Source: Azolla caroliniana
Lineage: Eukaryota > Plantae > Polypodiophyta
DNA length: 64,000 nucleotides
NCBI GenBank assembly: GCA_043228905.1
Contig: JBHGNT010000021.1
Coordinates: forward strand, 5,084,001 to 5,148,000
Reading direction: 5' to 3'
In this document: positions 47,571 to 59,774 of the stretch, one piece after another
How positions within the stretch are numbered: position 1 is the stretch's first letter
Layout of the letters: every line of letters begins with the position of its first letter
Position numbers and translations under genes: made by a program
The notes under the pieces: generated by a model
Told to the model about the DNA's origin: nothing
What the model saw: only the letters and a program-made list of their open reading frames with translations
Databases searched by the model: none

Positions 47571-50500
47571 ATGAAGCATGAAAGAGAAGACAATACTGAT
47601 GCTGGTCCTGCCTCTAAACGACTTCGCGTGGAAGAGTAAGAGTTTTTCTTTCTGTTTCTAAGCCCTGGGTTTTCCTTACGTTTTACCTCTTGATTCCTTT
47701 TCGTTTTCCGAGGTCTCAAGATTTCAAAGAGAATCTTGCTTTGTTTTGGAAATTGGCTGATTTTCATTGGTTCGGTATTATCAAATGGTTTCGTGCTGAT
47801 TTCTTTGCTTTGTTAATCTCAAAATGTTTAGGGGAAAGCATGATTTACCAAGAGTAATCAAGTGTTTGCCATTAACTTTATTTTATAAATCTCAAGATTT
47901 CATGAGAAAATATTGCTTTGTTTTGAAATTTGGCTGAGTTTCGGAAATTTCGTGATATAGATTAAGAAGCATTATGTATATATGTCTATGGTAATCATGA
48001 TTGAGTAATTTTTTCCTGTTTCTAATTTTGTAAATCTCGTTCTCTTTTACACTCTGGTTGAATTTCAGAATCTGTATGATGTCGCTGAAGAAGCTATCTA
48101 TGCATATTTATTGTATACCTGATCGAGTTTTTGTTTCTGTTCTTTATTTTTGCAAATCTCAAGATCTGGTTGAGTTTCAGAATCTCTATGATTTGAATGA
48201 AGAAGCTATTGTAAGCAGGATCAAGTGCTTTTCTCTGGATTTTATTGTAAATCACAATTTTTATTTGAATATTTATGGCATGCATTTAGGAGCTATTGCG
48301 ATGCTTCTATGGTAAGCATGGTCAAGTGTTTTCAATGATTTTGGATGTTGTTTGGAATTTCATTATTTCATTAGAAAAGCATGGTTGTTAAAATTTGTTA
48401 ATCTTTATGGCATGAATTAAGAAGCTATTGGTATATTTATATCAAGCATAGCCTTTGGTGTTGGTGGTGCTTGTGGTTCTCTTGATTCCAAAAGAAATGA
48501 TTGCTTTATTTTGAATGTTGATTTGAGTTTGAGAATCTTTACCATGTGACTAAGATGAACTATTAGGTAACATGCACTCAAATGCTTGCTACTGCTTTCT
48601 TGTTAAATCTCAAGATTTCAAGAGAAAGGATTGAAATTCGTTTTGAGTTTCAGAATTGTTATTTCGTGATTTAAATAGTACACATGCCCAATGTAGGTTT
48701 TGAATTTATGACGGGAATTAAGAAGTTACTAATATATGTCTATATAAACATGATCAAATTATGTGAACATGTTTGTCATGCCTAGGCGACTTTCTGAATC
48801 TTTATAATGGGAGTGTAGAGCCTACAACCTGCCCATGGCTTGCATGATCATGATCTAAATGTGATGGAAAACAGGTCTAATCAGCAAGGACAAGCCCAAA
48901 GATTGACTCCAAATGACGCCCTTGGATACCTTAGAGCAGTGAAAGAGATGTTCCGAGACAATAAAGGGAAGTATGACGAGTTCCTCGTCGTCATGAAAGA
49001 CTTCAAAGCTCAAAGGTAAGAACTTGTCTGTTAGAGAGATCTTAGGTTTGATATCTTACATCATTTTTCTGTGATGTTGATTCTTTGCAGAATCGATACA
49101 GATGGAGTAATAGTAAGAGTAAAAGAGCTTTTTAAAGGTCACCGTGACCTTATCTTAGGCTTCAATACTTTTCTTCCAAAAGGTTATGAGATAACGCTTG
49201 AAGAAGGTCCAAAACGGCAGCCAGTGGAATTTCATCAGGCCATTAACTATGTAAATAAGATCAAGGTACCACCTGGATTATTTTCTAGATGTTGGAACAC
49301 ACATTGGCTATGTAAATAAGATCAACATGCCTCTGCATGCCTTTTGTATGCACTAAATCATATAATCATTTTCTTTGTTTGATGACCTATGTGGAGCTAT
49401 TGTATTTTTTCCAGTTTAGGTTTCAACATGATGAGACAGTTTATAAAGCATTTTTGGAAATCTTGAATATGTATCGTAAAGGTAGCAAATCAATAAGTGA
49501 AGTGTATAAAGAGGTATGCTGTATTTATTTTACTATAGTTTTGTGCTCTATCAAATGTAGTACCAGATTTGGTATAGAACAGACATATTCCTATACTCAT
49601 TTCAATAGGATTGGGTACCAGGTTTCTATAATATTTAAAGAACATGCAGATCTTCTGGAAGAATTTGCATGCTTCCTTCCAGATACTAATGGCTACGTAA
49701 AGCCCCATTCTAAAGTTCAGGATGACTCAATTTTACCTCACAAACCACAGCTTGAAAGGGCTATTAAGGTATTCCTTTCATCTCTACATGATACTAATTT
49801 ACTGACAATGTGCAAGGCGTAATTTAAGTGGTTTTTGTGTCTAAAACTAGAGAGAGGCAGTTGAAGCTTTACCTGAAGATGAATGTAGCTCAGAAAGACC
49901 TGATACACATAATCCTGGTGCTATTAAGAGCAATAAAGATCAGCACAAGAAGCTACAAACAGAACCACACGGAATTGAAAGAAAGCATAAGACGTATCCA
50001 GAAGATCAGCAGCCTAACAAATGTAAATCTACGAGAATAGCAAATGATGCGACTTGTACATTAGAGAGTGTTAAAGGAGATCCATGTGTTGGAAACAGTG
50101 CTGCCTGTCCTTCAGCTGAAAAGAAACTCTTGAAATGTAAGCATTCTATGCATCACTCGAATGCCTTGTTTTTAATTCTGAAGACATCTGATTTTGAGCT
50201 CTAATGTCTCAGCTGTGCAAAAGCAACATGGTTTCTTTGAGCTGGTGAAGGATACATTACAAAATGCAGAAACTTATCAAGAATTCCTGAAGTGCCTAAA
50301 GCTCTATAGTGAAGAAATAATTACACGAGAGCGATTGAATTACCTGGTTTGTGTTCTCTTTTATGCATAAATAATTAAAATTTTTATGGGATGGTTAGTC
50401 CAGTGGTCTGGGTGCTTGCTTTGTAAGCCAAAAATCAGGAGATCACATCCAACTTTTGTTTGCCACAAATAGCTCATTAAGAGAAAAAACTTCCTACGTT

Positions 50501-50751
50501 GACTTTGTAGTAATGTTTTACCATCTCCAGGTTGATAAAATGTTCCTGAAGTTTCCAGATTTAATTAAAGGCTTCAACGATTTTTTGAGACATTGTGAAT
50601 TGAATGGTAAGAAAACAGATTTTTGAGTTCATGTAGGCTCCTATATATCAATACTCATTCATATTACTTTTTTCTTGGCAGATGGATATCTTGCAAACAT
50701 TGTTCATAAAAGTAAGTTCAGAGATGATGATGTGTGTGTGTGTGTGTGTGC

Positions 50752-50794
<43 letters not shown>

Positions 50795-51603
50795 GTTGGA
50801 TGAAATTTGACACCAGGTGATGGATCTAATCTAGTTGCAAAAGAGTGGAAATGGGACAAAGATGCTGTTGATAAAAACAAAGGGGATGCAGGACAAGGTA
50901 TGGAGAAAAAGAAAGAAACCGACAAACATCCTTTGAGGATTTCCAATACCACCAGTGGAAACAAGTATATGATGAAACCAATTTCTGAGCTAGATTTAAC
51001 TGAGTGCAAGCAGTGTACTCCTAGTTACAGGCTTCTACCAGAGAATGTATGTTCCCTCAAAAATGAATTTGTTCTCACTTACGCTATTTCAAATGCATTG
51101 GCTGTCATTAATATTGACTTAAAAGTAAATACTTGCAGTATCCAATACCTAAGGTCAGCTGTCGGACAGCTGTAGGAAATATTGTGCTCAATGATTCCTG
51201 GGTGTCAGTTACTTCTGGAAGTGAAGAAGCTCCTTTCAAGCATATGCGCAAGAATCAGTATGAAGAAAGCTTGTTTCGATGTGAAGATGATAGGTAGTTT
51301 TTTTAATTCTTAATATAAGCTCTCTTAGTTTAAATATTATTCAAAGATATAATTGTTATGATATGAACTTATGTGGTGGATGTAAAAATATATCCATGAA
51401 CCCAATATACATAGGTTTGAGCTTGACATGCTTGTGGAATCTACTGGTGTCACAACAAGGCGCTTAGAAGAGTTAATGAAAAGGATGCAAGATGAAAACA
51501 TTAAAGAACAAATTAGTATTGATGAATATCTAACAGGTACTTGCTTGTTTTGAGAACCTAGATGCAATGCATATTGTAAGCTGTGTTGGCCATGATGTCA
51601 TTA

Positions 51604-51637
<34 letters not shown>

Positions 51638-52429
51638 GAATCTTCCTTCCACTTATATCTATTTCACTATTTCCCAGCTATTCAGCTCCGCTGTATTGAA
51701 CGCATTTATGGAGATCATGGTCTTGATGTTCTCGAGCTGCTGCGCAAAAATCTGACAGTGGCATTACCCATTGTGATGAATCGTCTAAAACAGAAGCAAG
51801 ATGAGTGGTTAAAATGTCGGGCAGATATGAACAAAGTTTGGGCTGAAGTCTATGCCAAGAACTACCACAAGTCACTCGATCACCGCAGCTTTCATTTCAA
51901 ACAGCAAGATAAAAAGCGTTTGTGTGCGAAAGGTGATAAAAGACATATAGATAAAGCTTATCTGCACACATTCATATCTAAATTAAATGATAGAGGAGAG
52001 CTATCATACAAGGTCAAAGCATATTAAATGTCAATATAATGGGAATCTGAATGTGCATATGCTCCATATCCTATATGATCATGTGTTCCATCTGGGGATT
52101 ATCTATCTATTTATCTTGATTAAACTATGGGAGAGCTGTGAGGAAACTGGTGAACACAAATCTTCTGTAATCCAAAATAGGGAACCTGTTAATAACACAG
52201 TTGTTAAAGGTGTTAAAATTAAAGAAATATATTGTTAGTATACCAAATTACCTTTAGTTTAAGCACTCTAACACTCAAACACTCTAGCACACATCATATC
52301 ATTTGCCTCTTTTGCTGTCTGGATGTGACTCTTCAGCCACTAGATCCGCGAGCCAAATTTTGGGTTCTATGAATCATATTCATGACTTAATATTCCACAT
52401 TGATGTCTTGACCTGGTCATGTTCCCCAC

Positions 52430-52464
<35 letters not shown>

Positions 52465-55400
52465 ATAAGAGGAGAGGTGTCGTGAAGAATAAGACGATGA
52501 TGGTTAACAAAAATGTTGTGTGGTTGTGTGCTAATGCTTCTCTTCCCAACTATAGGACATGCCCCTATGTAGATGCCCCCATGCATATGAGTTACTTACT
52601 ATGCATGTCCACCCTGTCCACGTCCATCCCCAGGGACATCTTATGAGTAGGTTGTGACCATTGATCAAATCCACCTATGAGCATGTTCATCCATTACTTA
52701 CTACTTTATTTTGTGTACAGAAGAAGCTCAGAAAGTTCCTATGTCCTTTCGGTTGCATGGCTGTACCTTGAGTCGAGGGATGCACCTATATACATAACAA
52801 GACTGTGAAGGCATCTTCATTTAAACTTGCTTTAAAGCATAGAGGTTTATTATGCATGTTTTTTGCATGGACTTTCTCTTCAGCCACTCACTACATGGTT
52901 CAGACATTGGGCCCTGGGGATCGATGGTCGACATGATATCCTCCTTTGACCACCAGAACTTACTGTAGAGCATGTCATCCACTACTTACTTTCTTGTTTT
53001 GTGTACAGAAGTTCAGAAAGTTCGTGTGGCTATTTGGTTGCATGAATGTCAGTGTTCCTCAGATCTTAATTATCTTGGAATTGAGGAAGCACCTATATAT
53101 TTAACAAGACTGAAAACATCTTCATTAAAACTTGCTTTAAAGCATAGAGGTTTATAATGCATGTTATTCCATGGATGTGGCTCTTGAGCCACTGGCTGCA
53201 TGAGTCAGACTTTGAACCCTATGAACCATACTCATGATGTTCAGTCTACATGAGACGTGATATCCTCCCTTGGCCACAGGACCCCACCGTAAAGCGTGTC
53301 CTCCTTTAGTTACAACTTCGTTTCATGGACAGAAGGAAGTTTAGAATGTTCTTGTTTCTATTTGGTTGCATGAATGTCAGTCACTTCTGAGACCTTAGTT
53401 ATCTTTGAGTTGAGGAGTGCGCCGATATTTTAAGGAGGTGGTGTCATATCTTCTTTACAACCTGGTTTAAGGGATTGAGGTTTACAATGTATGTTATTTT
53501 ACATGATAATTTTACTAACATACACAATTGTGCCTTCTGTCAACTTTGGCATGTGGCCTAATGCCAAGAGTTCTCTTTTGTTTCCAGTGCTTCTGGCAGA
53601 GATCAAAGAGGCCAATGGGAAAAACAGGAAAGGTGATGAATTTATACTGTCTTTAGCAGCTGGAAATACAAGACCGTTCATTCCTGATCTGACATTACAG
53701 TATCCGGATCATTGTATGAATGAGGATCTATATGAAATTGTTAAGCATTCAGCTGATGAGATGTGCACCACGTCAGAACAAGCAGATAAAATTATGTCTC
53801 TTTGGAAACAGTTTCTTGAACCTATATTTGGTGCCTCCCATCATAAAGAGAATGCTTCACGGAGAGTAATGATGAAGCCTGCACGATCTCAAAGTTCTTT
53901 TGCAACCAATAGTGATGCTAAAGTGGACAGAGATGGAAGAAAAGTAGTGAGAACTACAGGCGATAACCCTAAGAATTCACAAACAGGAATCACAAGCCGA
54001 CCAGCTTTGAATGTTAGTGAAATGAAGCGGGAAGCTGAAAAAAGATTGACTGTTTCACACATAAAAGCTGATTCAGTGTCAATAGATAATTCCATACCTG
54101 ACATCAGTAAAAATGGATGTTCAGGAAAAGTAGAAAGAGAGGAAGGTGAGCTTTCACCATCTCAAGATGCAGAGGAAAACCATGCTGGAGTTGATGGTTC
54201 TGAAGATAGTCTACATCCACCTTCTCTTGAGAATGTGAGTGCAGTGAAGGTAGCGCTATCTCAGGATTGCCTTAGCAGCGAGGAAGAAAAGGGTGCAGCG
54301 GACGGTGGTGACCTGATTGAAGGTGAAGATGGAAGTTTGCAGCGAATTAGTGGTAACTTTGAACCTGGTGAGATGTCATGTTCAGAGTCCCTGGAAGATT
54401 GTAGAGATGAACAGATTGTCAAGAAAGATACTAGCTTCAAAGGGATTCAAAATTCTGACACAAACCGATTTTTAATAGGTAATGATAGGCGAATTTCTAG
54501 ATGCAAAGCTCTTGTGCTTCACAATCCGCCAATCTCTACTAGTTTAGCTGCAGAGGATTGCAAGCTTTTTTATGGGAATGACAACATTTATCTGTTATTT
54601 AGGCTTCATCAGGTAGTGATACCTAATTCTTTTCCAGACTATCCTTTTTGATGTGATGAGAATAAATACTGAGTAACTGGTCTTTTATAATACCATTGAT
54701 TACAGGCACTTCATGAGCGTATACATGCAGCTAAGATTTATGCAGCTGCAACTGAGGAAAAAATGAAAACCTCCAAGGAGATAGCTTCTCCTGAGCTGTA
54801 TCACAAGTATGCAATGATTCTTTTTGCATTTATGCTGTCAATTCTAGTTTTTAAAAATCCATGTTGTAAATCCTTCTTTTCCATCAACTCTCCAGATTTT
54901 TGCAGGCTCTTTATGAGCTCTTGGATGGGACTGCAGATAATGCTAAATTTGAGGATGTTTGTAGGTCAATCATTGGGACTCAGTCATATCTCATGTTCAC
55001 AATGGATAAACTTATTTTTAAACTTGTCAAACAGGTATGCGTAATATAGCATTGTAGGGTTAAAATTTCAAGAATGAGTTTTTTCTAATTAAATGCAATG
55101 CACTGGTTTTGCAGCTCCAAGCTATAGCATCTGATGAGTCTGCATCCAAGTTACTTATGCTTCATGCATATCAGAAATCTCATGCCCATGGTCTTGTAGA
55201 TTCTATTTATCATGCCAATGCATGTATGGTATTGCATGATGAGAATGTCTACAGATTTGAAAGAGTAAGCAGTTCTTAAGATATGAGAGAAATTTGTTTT
55301 TGTTTGTGATTTCTACTTCTTTTACAGATAAAAAAACATTAAAAATTTACTCGTGTAAGTATGTATGCATTTAACCTGTCTCTTTCTCTGGGTAGTAAAA

Positions 55401-56051
55401 TGTGCATACATCTATAGCTTTCTGATTTCAAATAGCATGCTGACCATGTTTCTTAAACTGCTCAGAGATTGAAACCTACCAGTCAGCTTTTTATCCAGCT
55501 TATGGATGCGGGTCCTGAAAGATCAGATGTCTTTGCAAATGCTGTAGAAACGTCATTTGCAAAGTATCTTGATAAGTTTTTGTGCAAGGAGCCACTTCAT
55601 AGAGAAGAAAGGCCTCCTATTTACTTGAAAAGGTGAATTGTGCAAAGCTCTTTTTATCTAATTGTGTGAATTCTCATGAATTGGGAGACATGCTAAATGA
55701 ATAGCGCGTTCTTCATGGACAGGAACATGGTTCGTTATAATCTAAATTATGAGCAGAACGGACTTGTAAATGCCCTGGAAAATGTTGATATTGTAAATGG
55801 GCTAGAGTACAAGATATCCTGCAATACCTACACGGTAAGTTAATGTATATACTTTCCCATGCTAGTACTGAACTCTTTTAAGGTGCTTGCCATAAACTCA
55901 CATATAGATGTGTTGTTGCAAACAGGTTTCATATGTTCTAGATACAGAGGATTTTCTCCATCGGAAGAAGAGGAAGAGGAGAGTTGGTATTTCTGCTCGC
56001 ATTGATGTGCCTAGATTCCAGAGGTGGCTTGATAGACACATAGATCTCTAA
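47571..56051 (+). CDS. SIN3: SIN3-like paired amphipathic helix co-repressor (PAH1-3, HDAC-interacting domain, Sin3 C-terminal domain), about 20 exons
   Basis: Exon 1 MKHERED (47571-47635); PAH1 [13 protein letters not shown]...[21 protein letters not shown]; PAH2 [14 protein letters not shown]...[14 protein letters not shown]; [12 protein letters not shown]...[14 protein letters not shown]...[14 protein letters not shown]; [17 protein letters not shown]; EREEGELSP; [15 protein letters not shown]; last exon [10 protein letters not shown]...TAA at 56051. Some internal boundaries were not fully checked. Confidence 0.93.
50731..50793. repeat. Intronic (GT)n(GA)n microsatellite
   Basis: Directly visible. 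Similar simple repeats at about 51606-51637 (TA), 52434-52460 (CT) and 62887-62944 (GA). Confidence 0.95.
52300..53500. repeat. Three diverged ~300-bp tandem units plus a partial unit in a SIN3 intron
   Basis: Recurrent blocks gagcatgt..atcc..tact, gtacagaag..cagaaagttc, ggttgcatg, aacttgctttaaagcatagaggttta starting near 52679, 52968 and 53292. Confidence 0.75.
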
Positions 56052-57280
56052 GCAGGTAAACAATAGTGGTATATGATGCATCCAAAGTGGTGTGTGCATG
56101 ATGTGATTGGGAAGTTGGCGTGTGCATGCTGTAGCCAGTAAGTTGATGTGTGCACGAATGGTGCAATGGTAAGTTGGTATGCACTCAAATGATTTGTGGT
56201 AAGTTGGATTACACATGATATGAATGGCATGTGGCCATCTTGCCTGCATCTCATCTTGATCATATTTATGTGATGCTTTGCACAGATGCGATCCTTACAC
56301 TGAATCTTCTATACAAAAGTCGTGTACTCCAAGGATGTCAAGCCATAGCTTTTAAGGCTATAATGTTGTAATTTTGTTTATTAGAAGAGGACGTCAACTA
56401 ATGCTGGAACAAGCACATTTTCGGAAGATGCTGATCATACATGGTAAAGAGAGAAAAGAAAGCAAGAATTGGTATGGATTCCCACTCTGTACTTTAATCT
56501 GCTACAAGAGAAAAAAGTTGACAGGATAAATGTGATATATATATATATATAGCTCATTCTTTCCTCCATCACCATAAATAGAATTCTAAGTATGATGATC
56601 ATATCGTCTTGATATGAATAAAGAAAAAGTATATATACGATATATATTAGCATGCAAGTCACAAAATTAAGTTTGTGATCATTTGTACCAAGTGGCTACC
56701 GCCAATGAATAGTCTTTGAGGTGAAATTTGTTGTTTGTACATGGGACAGAGCCTCCCGCCATATATGATACAAGTTCCCTCTTTACGATTCTAATATTCG
56801 GAAAGAGCTAGTTCGTAACAATTTTTTTAGGTAGATTTGGAAAACATTTTTTTGAGTGTATCAATTGCGAATGAGGAATAAAACGTAATGGTTCTCCCTC
56901 TTAACCAGCCAAGTGTAGACATTTGAGCATAAAAGTAACTTCATGGTATTGAAAGCTAGAGATGTGCTGTCTCTAGTTGTAACCATTTGTATTGAGTGAT
57001 TCAATGTGATGAAAGGAGTTTTTTGGCTTTTATCCGAAATCTTCAAGTCAAGAAGACTAAATCATTTGTGGGTTTTATAGACCATTTTGACGTCTTAGAA
57101 ACAGTGAATGTGTTTCTTTTTTGGTATATGGCATAAATAATGTCTTTAAAGATTTAGGATAAGGTATGAATACCTCAATCAAGAAGGGTGGATCATGTTT
57201 CAGTTCCTCTCTTTACTCTCACACAGTTTTGTTTCAGTTTCTTTCTCAAACAATGGTAATATGGAAACAATCGCTACAAG

Positions 57281-57506
57281 AATGCATTTAGGACCAATTT
57301 AGGTTCAGCCTAAAACAATCATCTGCATCATGCTAAGTATGGCAATTCTATGATGCCTTTGTACACATCTCTACAGTGTACATTATGTAGAAACACATCT
57401 ATATAAAACAATGCACGTAGGACCAATTTAGGTTCAGTCTAAAACAATCATCTTAATCATACTAAGTATGGCAATTCTATGATGCATTTGTACACATTTC
57501 TACAGA
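57281..57506. repeat. Two diverged direct copies with ~130-bp period
   Basis: aatgca..taggaccaatttaggttcag.ctaaaacaatcatc...ctaagtatggcaattctatgatgc at about 57281 and 57411. Confidence 0.85.
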
Positions 57507-58769
57507 GTGTATCTATATTAATAGAGAAGCAAATTTACGTGACTTGGTGAAATCTTTCTTCAATGAAGTTTGTTAATTTCATTTTTGTTCATAGAAATCG
57601 CTTGTCTACCAAACTATAGTAAAATATCCCTTGAGCTCCAATGTTTCAACAGGTTGAAAAGAGCTATCCATTGGTGAAGAAATGTGGGTAACTAATTGTG
57701 AATTTATTGTCTTGCTATAACCTATGTTTAAATCTCTTATTATTATTGTTGTGCACATGTTAATGGCATATTTTATTTCTATGTTTATTCTTGGAACTTC
57801 CAGAAAGAGTTTCTTGGTTTTGATAGCACTTTTTTTTATCCTTCTTTGTTTAATGATAGTCATCAATAATTATTGGTTTTCGTGATTGATCAATTGTATG
57901 GGAAAACATTTTGCAGCATGTGGTTTATCTTCTCTATCACAAAGAAGCCATTAGTTTGTATTTCAAGTGTTCTTCTCATGCTACAAAATAAGTAAGACTA
58001 TTTTTATACAAATTAGGAAAAAAATATTAAATTGAACAAATTTTAGGATTCAATTTGTTGTTCCAGAAGCACAACGTATGATAGCATAAGTTGCAATCAA
58101 GCACTTGAAAGAATTCACAGAAATTACAAGATGTCCTTATATTTATTCTGGAAAAACAAAACTTGTCAGGATAAAGTTCTGCAAATAGACATTTTCTCTT
58201 GTTTTATCCAAGAAAGAATTCGTCAAAGAAACATTTCTTAGTTATATAGAATGGCATGTAAGAACAAAGAAGGCAAAAAACAATTGTAGGGCTCACTGTT
58301 GAGATCAATCAATTCTGAATGTTCCAGAGAAAGAGAGAAACATCAAAGTAGCAATGTAAGATTACAAGAGAAGAGAAACATCACCTCAAAGAAGATGAGA
58401 ATAATGTGGAGATTAAACTTTCGAAAAAACCAATCACAATAGGTGCTAGCCCTATCTTGATTATTGGTAATAAAAACCAACTCATTTTAAAGATGGGAAT
58501 TCTTTGAAGCATTGAAAACCTTATATAGGCTACACAAATAAATGTTCTTGTAGATAGAAAAGAAAACACTCATCAGTTTTGCTATTTATGAGGAATATGA
58601 TCTAATGTTGGAGACATTAAAAAGTGAGTCTACAAGCTAATGATTCCCTTAAAATTTATACACTCAAAGTCTAAGGAAAATACTTTCAATGTAAAAAATA
58701 AACCATGATTCCACTTATATCATACATTGTTTCTTCATCTTCAATAGAAAGAACAAGGTTAATGATGAC

Positions 58770-59138
58770 TAGCAATGGGCCCACTTCCGACTCAAACTAA
58801 ACCGAACTGTTAAACCGTGGCTTAATGGTTTATTGGTTCAAAGATAAATAAACTGTTAGGTTTGGTTTCAAATGTTATGATCCGGTTCGGTTCAATTTTG
58901 AATTTCATGGTTTATCAATTTATCAGTTTCAGTTTAAAGGTTTATAAGTTAAAAAATATTCTTAAAATTTCACCTCTAAGCTCTAATTTTGAACTTTTAA
59001 TTTTAAACCTCTAGGCTCTAAAGGGTTCAGTTTAAATGGCTTCATAAATTTTAAGCAAATTGGTTTGGTTTTTATTATAAATAAATGGTTTGGTTTGGTT
59101 TGGTTTCAAGGCCAAGAAACCGAACCGGGCCATTGCTA
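58770..59138. mobile_element. hAT-type MITE
   Basis: TIRs TAGCAATGGGC / GGCCATTGCTA; 8-bp TSD ATGATGAC / ATGATAAC; internal AAACCG/CGGTT subterminal motifs. Confidence 0.8.
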
Positions 59139-59774
59139 ATGATAACCATCTAGTATGATTATTTTTAAAGATCCTTTCCTTACATGGGATCAAACTCATA
59201 GTCTAATGGTTTCTCCATTGTATATGAGTTTTCTATGTGATATTCTATCCTACAAAGAAATGAATGGTTATATTTCATGACCCTTCACCTAGGTGAGATC
59301 ATCATTCTCACAATTTAACCATTTCTCAAGTGTTTATGGACCTTCTACATAATCCTCCACTATCCACTAGGCCATCATGACAAACTTCACATCATTGATT
59401 TCGTATCTTATCTTTTACTATCTTTGCAAGAGAAATGAAGGATTATATTTTATGATTGTTGTATGACAGACACATTGTTGATTCATCGTGTATGTTCAGG
59501 ACTTTGCATCACACAAGCGGTGCGTGCTACAACTATTTAGTATTTGTGGTCCACAAAACACACACAAAGCAACAAGTGCATAAGGATATTATGTGCATAC
59601 ATTATTAATACTAATTGATCTTGTGTTTAACTAAATAAAGAAATTGCATCCTTCTCACTTCAGGAGAATAAGTGACCCTTCTTTCATGGTCTCATTTTTA
59701 GTGAGAGGAATGTTAATTTTCAGTGAGGTTCTTGGTGTTTGCACTTCAAACCCTCTGAGCTGAAGTATTCATAT

